NCBI GenBank assembly: GCA_046704485.1
Contig: JBJKRU010000229.1
Span: 1 to 39,863, forward strand
Direction of reading: 5' to 3'
Length of the DNA: 39,863 bases
Origin: Candidatus Limnocylindrales bacterium
Lineage (GTDB): Bacteria > Chloroflexota > Limnocylindria > Limnocylindrales > CSP1-4
The notes beneath the pieces were generated by a model. That model saw only the letters and a program-made list of their open reading frames with translations. It was not told the DNA's origin and ran no database searches. The position numbers were made by a program, and so were the translations under genes. Every line of letters begins with the position of its first letter. The first letter of the stretch is position 1. Shown in pieces: positions 8,923-16,699 of the stretch.

Positions 8923-10233
8923 GTGCCCGACATCCGACCGTTCCGTGCGCTCCGCTTCAACCCTGACGTGGCTGGCGACCTGGCGCTGCTGGTGGCGCCG
9001 CCGTACGACGTGATCGGTCCCGCCCTCCACGAGCGGCTGCTGGCCCGGCACCCTCGAAACGCCGTCCGGCTGGACCTTCCAGTCAGCCTGCCCGGCGAGG
9101 ACGCCGACGAGCGCTACCGGCGCGTGGCGCGGACGGTCGCCGAGTGGCGCTCGGACGGGACCCTGCGCCGCGACCCGCGGCCGTCGGTCTACGTGTACGA
9201 GCAGCGGTACCGCGTTCCCGGCACGGCGCTCGAGCGGACCCAGCGCGGCTTCTTCGCCCGCCTTCGGATCGAGCCGTTCGGGCCCGGGTCCGGCGTGCTG
9301 CCGCACGAACGCACGCTGTCAGGGCCCAAGGAGGACCGGTACCGGCTGCTGCGTGCCACCAGCCTCAACACCTCGCCCGTGGTCGGGCTGTACGAGGACC
9401 CGTCGCGGGCGGCCGCCGCGGCGATGGCGACAGCGGTCGACGACGCCCCGGCGGTGGACCTGGTCGACGACGATGGTGTCCAGCACCGGCTGTGGGCGGT
9501 CCCGGCGACGTCGGGCGGCGCCGTCGACGCCATGATCGGTGCCGCATCCGAAGGCCCGGTCTACATCGCGGACGGCCACCACCGCTACGAGACGGCGCTC
9601 CGCTACCGAGATGAGCGGCGGGCGCGGGCAAGCGAGACCGACCCCGCGTTCGACTTCCTGCTGACGCTCTTCCTCGACGCGGCCGACAACCTGACCGTCC
9701 TGCCGACGCACCGGCTCGTGCGGTCCCTCGGCGACGCTGGCCTGGGCCGCCTGAAGGAGGGGATGCCCCGGCTGTTCGCCGCGGAAGCGTCGACCGCCGA
9801 TGACCTCCTCGCGCGCTTCGACGCCGCGGGCGGCCTCGAGGGCGGTCACGGACGGTTCGGCCTGCTCACGCGCGACGGGGCATGGCTGCTCACGGCCCGG
9901 CGTGACGCGATCGCGCCGCACCAGGTGTCGGGCGGCGCGGCGGTGCGTGCCCTCGACGTCTCCCTCCTCGCCGCGGCGCTCGAGTCGCTGCTCGGGATCG
10001 ACGCGGCGGCGGTGTCCGGCGGTCAGCGCGTCGCCTACACGAAGTCGGCCGACGAGGCGGCCGCGGCAGTGGCGTCGGGCTCCAATGGCGTGGACGCGGC
10101 GTTCCTCCTCGAGCCCACGCCCGTGGCCAGCATCCTCGCCGTGGCGCGGGACGGGGACGTGATGCCGCAGAAGTCCACGTACTTCTACCCCAAGGCCCTC
10201 ACGGGGCTGCTCCTCAACCCGCACGAGTGGTAG
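8923..10233 (+). CDS. DUF1015 family protein
   Basis: GAGGA then GTG. Motifs IRPFRALR, APPYDVI, PHERT, IADGHHRY and MPQKSTYFYPK. Confidence 0.9.
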   Translation: MPDIRPFRALRFNPDVAGDLALLVAPPYDVIGPALHERLLARHPRNAVRLDLPVSLPGEDADERYRRVARTVAEWRSDGTLRRDPRPSVYVYEQRYRVPGTALERTQRGFFARLRIEPFGPGSGVLPHERTLSGPKEDRYRLLRATSLNTSPVVGLYEDPSRAAAAAMATAVDDAPAVDLVDDDGVQHRLWAVPATSGGAVDAMIGAASEGPVYIADGHHRYETALRYRDERRARASETDPAFDFLLTLFLDAADNLTVLPTHRLVRSLGDAGLGRLKEGMPRLFAAEASTADDLLARFDAAGGLEGGHGRFGLLTRDGAWLLTARRDAIAPHQVSGGAAVRALDVSLLAAALESLLGIDAAAVSGGQRVAYTKSADEAAAAVASGSNGVDAAFLLEPTPVASILAVARDGDVMPQKSTYFYPKALTGLLLNPHEW

Positions 10234-10246
10234 CGTCAGAGCCCTG

Positions 10247-11122
10247 ATGACCGACTTGACCGCACACAGCGAGCGCATCGCCAGTCGAGCCGCGTCCGGT
10301 GGCCGCCCGGTGCGCAAGGACGAGATCGAGCTGGCGGAGCGGGGCCTCTACGTCGAGTCGTGGCTGCCGGAGCGCCGCTCGCGCCGCAAGCCGCTGCTGT
10401 TCGTCCACGGCGTGCTCGCCGGCTCGTGGGTCTGGGAGCGGTACCTGCACCACTTCGCGGCCCGCGGCTGGGAGGGTCACGCCCTCAACCTGCGCAACCA
10501 CTACTGGAGCCAGACGGCGGACCCGACCTCGCTGACGATCGAGTCGTACACGGAAGACGTGATCGCTGCGATGGAGCGGCTCGGCCCCACCACCGTGGCC
10601 ATCGGGCACGGCCTCGGCGGCCTGCTGGTCCTCAAGGGCATCGAGCGGGCGCCGGTGGCGGCCTACGTGCTGCTGGCGCCCGAGCCGCCCCGCGAGATCC
10701 GCGAGCCGGCGCTCCCGCACGTGGTTCGGGACGTGCCCGACACCTGGGGACGCGCCGAGCTGGGCTGGGAGACGCTGCCGGAGAAACTGATCCGGGAGCA
10801 GCGCGACCTCACGGTGGCCGATGTGGTGCGCATCCAGCACCTGCTCGGCCAGAAGCCGTTCGAGTCCGGGCTGGCCCGCCGTCAGGTCCTCAATGGGGTT
10901 CCCGTGGACCGCGCGGCGCTGCCGGACGTGCCTCGCCTGGTCATCGGCGCGGGCCTCGACACGTTCGTCCCCGAGCCGGATGTCGAACGCCTCGCCGAGT
11001 GGCTGGACGCGCCGTACGAGCCGTTCGGCGCCCACTCGCACTACGGCCTGCTGCTGGGCGAGCAGAGCTACCTCCAGGTGGCCGACACGCTGCGGGCGTT
11101 CCTCGAGCAGCACCGGCTCTGA
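10247..11122 (+). CDS. alpha/beta-hydrolase fold protein whose nucleophile elbow reads GHGLGG (no Ser)
   Basis: LLFVHG oxyanion motif, NLRNH, GHGLGG, GLDTFVP and SHYG. Confidence 0.85.
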   Translation: MTDLTAHSERIASRAASGGRPVRKDEIELAERGLYVESWLPERRSRRKPLLFVHGVLAGSWVWERYLHHFAARGWEGHALNLRNHYWSQTADPTSLTIESYTEDVIAAMERLGPTTVAIGHGLGGLLVLKGIERAPVAAYVLLAPEPPREIREPALPHVVRDVPDTWGRAELGWETLPEKLIREQRDLTVADVVRIQHLLGQKPFESGLARRQVLNGVPVDRAALPDVPRLVIGAGLDTFVPEPDVERLAEWLDAPYEPFGAHSHYGLLLGEQSYLQVADTLRAFLEQHRL

Positions 11123-11609
11123 GTCTCGGACCGCTGGCGCGTCGGCGCCCGGGCCGCCCGACGCGGCGAAGGGGACCTGACAAGTCCGTGAATCGCAGGC
11201 GCCCTGTCCGTCCCCGACGCAGCAGGTCCGGAACCGACCGTGAACCCGGCCTGGCGCGGCTCGGGCCTGTCGCTTCCTGACCTGGTGGTTTTGAGCGCAA
11301 CGTCGGGGTGGCATTTCGTGGACCTGCCGGGTTCGCGCCGGGTCGCGGCGCCCAGCCTGACCCGGCGCCTCTTCGCGCATCCGCCGAAACCGGGCCGTGC
11401 CGCCCTTGACGATGGCTCAACCGGTGGCCCACTCCCGCGTCACGAGCGGGAGGCGAATGTCGAGGCTTCTGCGACGACTCCCTCGGGACGGACGTCTCCG
11501 ACGCGCTGGCGGCCGTGGGAGCGCCGCGCCCAGCACTGCCCGTCCGTCCGGCGCCTCGCCGGTCCGTCGTCGCCTCCCGGCCCGGCGGTTGCGGGGTTCA
11601 GGCGCTCCC

Positions 11610-11618
11610 TGCTATCCT
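11610..11618 (+). promoter_or_regulatory. putative extended -10 element (TGcTATCCT) for tRNA-Glu
   Basis: TGn-TANNNT about 35 nt upstream of the tRNA. Confidence 0.45.
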
Positions 11619-11651
11619 GCGCCGCCGGTCGCGCTATCGCCCGACTGCCTC

Positions 11652-11728
11652 GCCGCATTCGTCTAGAGGCCCAGGACACCGCCCTCTCAAGGCGGAGATC
11701 ATCGGTTCGAATCCGATATGCGGTACCA
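11652..11728 (+). tRNA. tRNA-Glu(CTC)
   Basis: Acceptor GCCGCAT/ATGCGGT, anticodon arm CCGCC-ctCTCaa-GGCGG, T arm ATCGG-TTCGAAT-CCGAT and encoded CCA. Confidence 0.97.
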
Positions 11729-11740
11729 GCGCTTCCCCTC

Positions 11741-11768
11741 GACGCCCCCGGTCCGCCCCGGGGGCGTT
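11741..11768 (+). terminator. GC-rich hairpin after tRNA-Glu
   Basis: GACGCCCCCGG pairs with CCGGGGGCGTT. Confidence 0.6.
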
Positions 11769-11899
11769 GCCGTCTCTGACGCTGTTCACTGGCATCGCGA
11801 ACCGGCTCCCGGACGACGTGCTGCCGCGTGCGGCCATCGCGGCAATTCGGTCCATGGCCTAGACTCGGACGCATCCCTTCGACCCGCCATGGAGCACCC

Positions 11900-13030
11900 A
11901 TGCCGCCGACCTCTGACCGTCGCCTCGTGATCCTTGCCGAGGGCAACTTCGGCTTCCACCACGGCAAGACCGCGATGGGCGTCATCCGATTCGGCCAGGA
12001 CAGGGTCGTCGCCGTCATCGACTCGACCCAGGCGGGGCGCAATGTCCGCGAGTGGTTGGGCGACACCGGCCGCTACGACATCCCGATCGTCTCCAGCCTG
12101 TCCGACGCCCTCGGGTTCCTGCCGCGGGCAAACACGCTCCTGATCGGCATCGCGCCCACTGGCGGCAAGCTGCCCGACGATTGGCGCGCGGTCATCCTGG
12201 GGGCCATCCGGTCCGGGCTCGACGTCCACTCGGGCCTGCACACGTTCCTCGGCGACGATCCGGAGCTGGCCGAGGCGGCACGAGCCGGTGGTGTCCGGCT
12301 GATCGACTACCGTCGGCCGCCCGAGCGCATGGAGACCGCCGTCGGCCGCCCCCACGAGCCGGGCAAGCGCGTCATCCTGACCGTGGGCACCGACTGCGCC
12401 ATCGGCAAGATGTCGGTGGCGCTGGAGCTGCGCCGCGCCGCGGGTGCACGCGGCAGCTCGGCGTCGTTCGTGGCCACGGGCCAGACCGGGATGATGATCG
12501 AGGGCTGGGGCGTGGCGGTGGACCGCGTCGTCTCGGACTTCGTCCAGGGCACGTGCGAGTGGCTGAGCGAGGAGGGCGAGCGACGCGGCGACTGGGTGCT
12601 GGTCGAGGGGCAGGGGTCGCTGGACCATCCCGCCTACAGCTCGGTAACCCTCGGGCTCATCCACGGGTTCACGCCGCAGGCGATGGTGCTGGTGCACATG
12701 CCCGGGCTCGAGGAGCACGACTGGGACCACTTGCCGGACCGCAAGTTCCCGCTGAAGCCGCTGCCCGAGCTCATCCGCGTCCACGAGGAGGTGGCCGGCC
12801 TCGTGGCGCCGTCCAAGGTGGTGGCCGTGGCTCTGAACACCTCGCGTATCCCGGACGAGGGCGACGCCAGGCGCGTGATCGAGGCCACGGCTGCCGAGAC
12901 GGGCCTGCCCTGCGACGATCCCGTTCGCTTCGGCGGTGACGCCCTGTGGGCCGGAATCGCCAACGCCACCGAGGCGCTCCCGTGGGTGGTGGCCAACGAC
13001 GCGCGTGCCGCCGATGAGGTGCCCGCGTGA
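11900..13030 (+). CDS. DUF1611 domain protein (DgcN-like)
   Basis: GKTAMGVIR, SGLH.FL, VGTDCAIGKM, FVATGQTG, DFVQG and VEGQGSL. GTGA overlap with the epimerase gene. Confidence 0.88.
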   Translation: MPPTSDRRLVILAEGNFGFHHGKTAMGVIRFGQDRVVAVIDSTQAGRNVREWLGDTGRYDIPIVSSLSDALGFLPRANTLLIGIAPTGGKLPDDWRAVILGAIRSGLDVHSGLHTFLGDDPELAEAARAGGVRLIDYRRPPERMETAVGRPHEPGKRVILTVGTDCAIGKMSVALELRRAAGARGSSASFVATGQTGMMIEGWGVAVDRVVSDFVQGTCEWLSEEGERRGDWVLVEGQGSLDHPAYSSVTLGLIHGFTPQAMVLVHMPGLEEHDWDHLPDRKFPLKPLPELIRVHEEVAGLVAPSKVVAVALNTSRIPDEGDARRVIEATAAETGLPCDDPVRFGGDALWAGIANATEALPWVVANDARAADEVPA

Positions 13031-14115
13031 CATTCTCCATCCGCTTCCGCACGCTCGAGCTCCCGCTCCGCGACCCGTTCGACATCGCCCGCTCGGCACC
13101 CGGCAAGGGCCGCAGCATCCAGACGGTGGTCGCGGAGCTGCGCGACGACGCTGACGGCCAAGACGGGCCGACAGGCCTCGGGGAGGGGTACCCGGACCGG
13201 TACTACGCCGACACCCCCGAGACCATGGCCGCCGTGGCGCCGGTGCTGCTCGAAGCGGTCGAGCCTGTGGCGGAGGGACTTCGGGGCGGCCTGGCCGATG
13301 CCCGTGCAGCCCTCGAGGCGGCGGCCGACCGGATGGCGGCCGCGGTCGCCCACCACGGTGCCGCGAAGTGCGCCATCGACATCGCACTCCACGACCTGGT
13401 GGGCAAACGGCTGGGCATCACGGTCCGCGAGCTGCTCGAGATGGCGGCGGAGCGCCCGCCAACCGACTTCACGCTCGGCATCGATTCGGCCGAGGCGGTG
13501 GCGGAGCGCGCCAGGCGGGCCGCCGACTTCCCGGCGCTGAAGGTGAAGGTGGGCGGTCCCTCCGACATCGCCACGCTCGAGGCGGTGCGCCGCGTCTACG
13601 ACGGCCCGATCCGGGTGGACGCCAACACCGGCTGGACCCTCGACAGCGCCACCGAGCTGCTGCCGGCTCTCGAGCGGTTGGGCGTCGTGCTCATCGAGCA
13701 GCCCTTCCCGGCCCGCCGGCTCGACCTCATGCGCGAGCTCCAGGCGCGCTCATCGCTGCCCATCGTGGCCGACGAGAGCGCGGTCACCATCGAGGACCTC
13801 GACGCGCTGGACGGGCTCGTGGCGGGGGTCAACGTGAAGCTCGCCAAGGTCGGCGGAGTGGGCCCCGCGAAGCGGATGCTCGCCCGCGCCCGCGAGATGG
13901 GCTTCCGGACGTTCCTGGGCTGCATGGAGGAGACGTCGATCGTCATCGCGGCCTCGGCTGCGGTCTCGCCGCTCGCGGAATGGGTCGACCTCGACGGCTG
14001 CCTGCTGCTCGCCGACGACCCGGCCACTGGCCTCGAGATCGGTGCCGACAAGGTCTGGCGGCTGCCGGCGAAGCCGGGCCTCGGCCTCGAGTTGCGGGCC
14101 GAGAGCCGGCCCTAG
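13027..14115 (+). CDS. enolase-superfamily dipeptide epimerase / N-acyl-amino-acid racemase
   Basis: KVK catalytic motif, VDAN, IEQP, ADES, NVKLAK, GCM.E and DLD. Confidence 0.9.
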   Translation: MTFSIRFRTLELPLRDPFDIARSAPGKGRSIQTVVAELRDDADGQDGPTGLGEGYPDRYYADTPETMAAVAPVLLEAVEPVAEGLRGGLADARAALEAAADRMAAAVAHHGAAKCAIDIALHDLVGKRLGITVRELLEMAAERPPTDFTLGIDSAEAVAERARRAADFPALKVKVGGPSDIATLEAVRRVYDGPIRVDANTGWTLDSATELLPALERLGVVLIEQPFPARRLDLMRELQARSSLPIVADESAVTIEDLDALDGLVAGVNVKLAKVGGVGPAKRMLARAREMGFRTFLGCMEETSIVIAASAAVSPLAEWVDLDGCLLLADDPATGLEIGADKVWRLPAKPGLGLELRAESRP

Positions 14116-14154
14116 CACTGTGTCGCGGCGGCCGCAAGGCTCGGCTGGCATAGA

Positions 14155-14240
14155 CCGTCCACAGACTTGACGGGGCCTCCGGGCGCTGTCCACCAAGGGC
14201 CCGGACGTGTGGACAACTCGGTGCTCAACATCGTGGAGAA
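14155..14240. promoter_or_regulatory. cluster of DnaA-box-like nonamers
   Basis: TGTGGACAA at 14208-14216 (TTGTCCACA on the - strand), CCGTCCACA at 14155, CTGTCCACC at 14186 and CGTGGAGAA at 14232. Confidence 0.5.
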
Positions 14241-14416
14241 GGCCCTTCCGCCGGCGCCGCGACCCTCGTACGATTCCCCAGCCGCCGCTGCCCGGGAGGC
14301 AACCGCAAGGGGGCAGGGCGGACCAGAGCCCAGAGTCTGCCCAACGGCCGGTGCCGTCCCAACGCGGGCGAGTCACCGCGTCCCGCCGCTTTCCAGCCCT
14401 CGGAGGACCCGTCTTC

Positions 14417-14767
14417 ATGCTGCCCGCCGGAACCGCGCCGTCCGCCGCACCCTGCAGCCAGGAAGCCGAGGCGTTCGTGCGGTTCTGCTACCAGCGCCGC
14501 CGGGTGGGCTGGCCGGAGCTGTACGACGAGATGTGCCGGGTCGCCACTCGCGGCCTGTTCCGCGGGATGGGCCCCGATGCGCTCGCCGAGGTCGGCGTCG
14601 GCTTCAGCCTGTTCGAGACGCCGCGCATGGCGCAGCTCGTGCACCGCATCGTGGGCGAGGAGCTGGCCGCCCGAAGAGCGGCGCGGGCCGCCGTCATCGA
14701 CGCGGCGCGGGTCGAGGGCGCAGACCTGCCTGCGCCGGCACCGGGGTTGGCGGCGAGCGCCGCCTGA
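14417..14767 (+). CDS. hypothetical protein (116 aa)
   Basis: GGAGG at 14402, ATG at 14417, strong coding bias, and a globular core FVRFCY.RR.VGWPELYDEMC.VA.RGLFRG. Confidence 0.75.
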   Translation: MLPAGTAPSAAPCSQEAEAFVRFCYQRRRVGWPELYDEMCRVATRGLFRGMGPDALAEVGVGFSLFETPRMAQLVHRIVGEELAARRAARAAVIDAARVEGADLPAPAPGLAASAA

Positions 14768-14817
14768 CCCTGCTCCGCGAGGTCGCGACCCGAGGGGGCG
14801 GGGGAGGCAGGCGGGCG

Positions 14818-15045
14818 TCAGGCGCGGATGCGCCGCCGGGCCATCTCACCCTCGATCTGCCGCTCGGCCTCCACGTAGCGGTCGATCTGCTCGCGGAGCT
14901 GATTGGCCTCGGGTGTGTACAGGTGGACCTGCTGCTGGAGGATGTACGACAGCCGTCGGCTGGTCATCCGAACGTGGTCCAAGTTCTTCATCAGGACCAG
15001 CGGGTCCATGGAGGCGAGGTCGGTCGGGGGGTACATCTGGCTCAT
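14818..15045 (-). CDS. hypothetical helical protein (75 aa)
   Basis: Normal amino-acid composition in a GC-rich background, a coiled-coil-like C-terminal half, and TAGCAT 9 nt upstream of the ATG. Confidence 0.78.
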   Translation of the reverse strand: MSQMYPPTDLASMDPLVLMKNLDHVRMTSRRLSYILQQQVHLYTPEANQLREQIDRYVEAERQIEGEMARRRIRA

Positions 15046-15157
15046 CGCGCCACCATGCTAGCCGAATCGGGGACGGCCGCGCGGGCGCGGCGCGACCTCG
15101 GCTCGGACAGCCGGGACGGCCGCCCGAGCCGCGCATCCGCGAGCCCGGACAGGGCCG

Positions 15158-16561
15158 CTACAGGGTTCGCAGCCGCTGCGGTGGCCACGACCAGTCGATC
15201 GGCAGGTCGGCAGCCGCGAGCGCGCGCCGCCGGCCCGCCTCGGTGGCGCCCAGGACGAGGATCGTGTCGGTCTTCGTGGCCCGGCCCGCCTCGTCGCCCC
15301 AGAGCCGCGTCATCTTGCGGTTGGCGGCCACCTCGTCCCGGATGATCCCCGCCAGCCTGAACCCGGCCGGGTGGGCCGCCTCCTCCCACACGCGCTCCGG
15401 GAGGCGCAGCCCGTCGGTGGACGGCTTGCCGCGGTCGGTCTCCACGTCCCCGATCACGACGGCGGCGATCCCATCGTCGGTGAGCGCAGGGCGCAGGTCC
15501 AACAGGACGTCGTGCAGGAACGCCAGGTACGGCTCGCGGGTGTGGGCGTCGTCGAGTTCCGCGTCGATCGACCGGGCGTCGAACCCCAGCAGCCAGGTGC
15601 GCAGCCAGTTGTAGTAGCCGTACTTGAGCACCCGCAGGTAGGGCGGCGAGGTGACCACCAGGCGCGCGCGGTCTGGCAGGCCGCGAGCTCGGAGGGCGGC
15701 CCGTGCGCGTCGGCCGGCGGTGCGCGCGTCCCCGTGGAGCGCGATGCCCCCCGCGGTCGGCGGGGGCTGGCGGTAGAGGCGCGCCAGCTTGGCGGCCAGC
15801 GCGTCGAAGGCGTCACGGCGCGGCGGCTCGTAGCCGTGCTGGGCCACGAAGGTCCGCACATAGCGCGGGGCCATGCTGAACGTGTTGGGCATCACCGTGG
15901 ACAGGTACGACGGCGTCTTGCCGTGGAGGATCCCGGCCAGGGCGCCAGCGAGGAACCGGTCCGTGCGATCGTCGAGCCGAAGCTGCGAGCGCAGGAGCAG
16001 CAGCTGGCCGAGCGTGTGCGGGTGGAAGGCCAGGGCCACCTCGTCGGGGACGGCCTGGTCGCGGGCGTCCGGGCCGTGGCCGCTGCCCGGGGCGGGGACG
16101 AACGACGACGGATGGCCGGGATGGGCGACCACCCGCTCGCCGAGGGCGCTCCAGGCAGCCGCATCGGCCGACCAGGCGAGGCGCAGCGCCGTCAGGCGGA
16201 CGTGGGCCTCGGCGGGCGTCGCCGGCTCGAGCTTGGCGGCGGTGAGCACATGGGCGAGCGGGTTGAGATCGTTGCCCACCCCGATGCGCCCCTCCGCGGC
16301 AGCCTGGAGCGGTGCCGTGCCGCGACCGGAGAAGGGGTCCAGGACCACGTCGCCCGGGCGCGTGTACCGGGCGATGAACGCGTGCGGGAGGGCTGCCGGG
16401 AAGCTCGCGAGGTACGAGCACATCGGGTGGAGGCTGTGACCCCACAGGCGTGCCTGCGACTTCCACTCCGGCTCCAGCCCGAGGGATGGCAGGGCGCTCG
16501 GCAGCTCGAGCGCGAGCTGGCCGGCGGCGGACGTGGCGGTGCGTGATCGCTGGTCGGGCAT
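15158..16561 (-). CDS. orphan amino-DNA methyltransferase (SPPY, probably N4-cytosine)
   Basis: Motif I VLDPFSGRGT and motif IV VTSPPY. The start codon is uncertain. Confidence 0.85.
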   Translation of the reverse strand: MPDQRSRTATSAAGQLALELPSALPSLGLEPEWKSQARLWGHSLHPMCSYLASFPAALPHAFIARYTRPGDVVLDPFSGRGTAPLQAAAEGRIGVGNDLNPLAHVLTAAKLEPATPAEAHVRLTALRLAWSADAAAWSALGERVVAHPGHPSSFVPAPGSGHGPDARDQAVPDEVALAFHPHTLGQLLLLRSQLRLDDRTDRFLAGALAGILHGKTPSYLSTVMPNTFSMAPRYVRTFVAQHGYEPPRRDAFDALAAKLARLYRQPPPTAGGIALHGDARTAGRRARAALRARGLPDRARLVVTSPPYLRVLKYGYYNWLRTWLLGFDARSIDAELDDAHTREPYLAFLHDVLLDLRPALTDDGIAAVVIGDVETDRGKPSTDGLRLPERVWEEAAHPAGFRLAGIIRDEVAANRKMTRLWGDEAGRATKTDTILVLGATEAGRRRALAAADLPIDWSWPPQRLRTL

Positions 16562-16699
16562 TCCCGGGCTCGACGAACCGTGCGGCACTGGGCTCCGCAC
16601 GCGGGGCGGCGAAGCGTAACACGCGGGAATCGACGGGCGGAATAGGCCGAATGGCGGATTGGCGAGGGGCGCGCGCCAGCGGGGCGCCCCGACGGTGCG

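Noticed and set aside
11123-11600. ncRNA (for example SRP RNA) or a CDS in the long intergenic region
   Set aside because: There are some short inverted repeats but no complete SRP motif, and the ORFs there have shadow-like composition.
14155-14240. oriC
   Set aside because: There is no dnaA/dnaN and no AT-rich unwinding element, and only one box is perfect.
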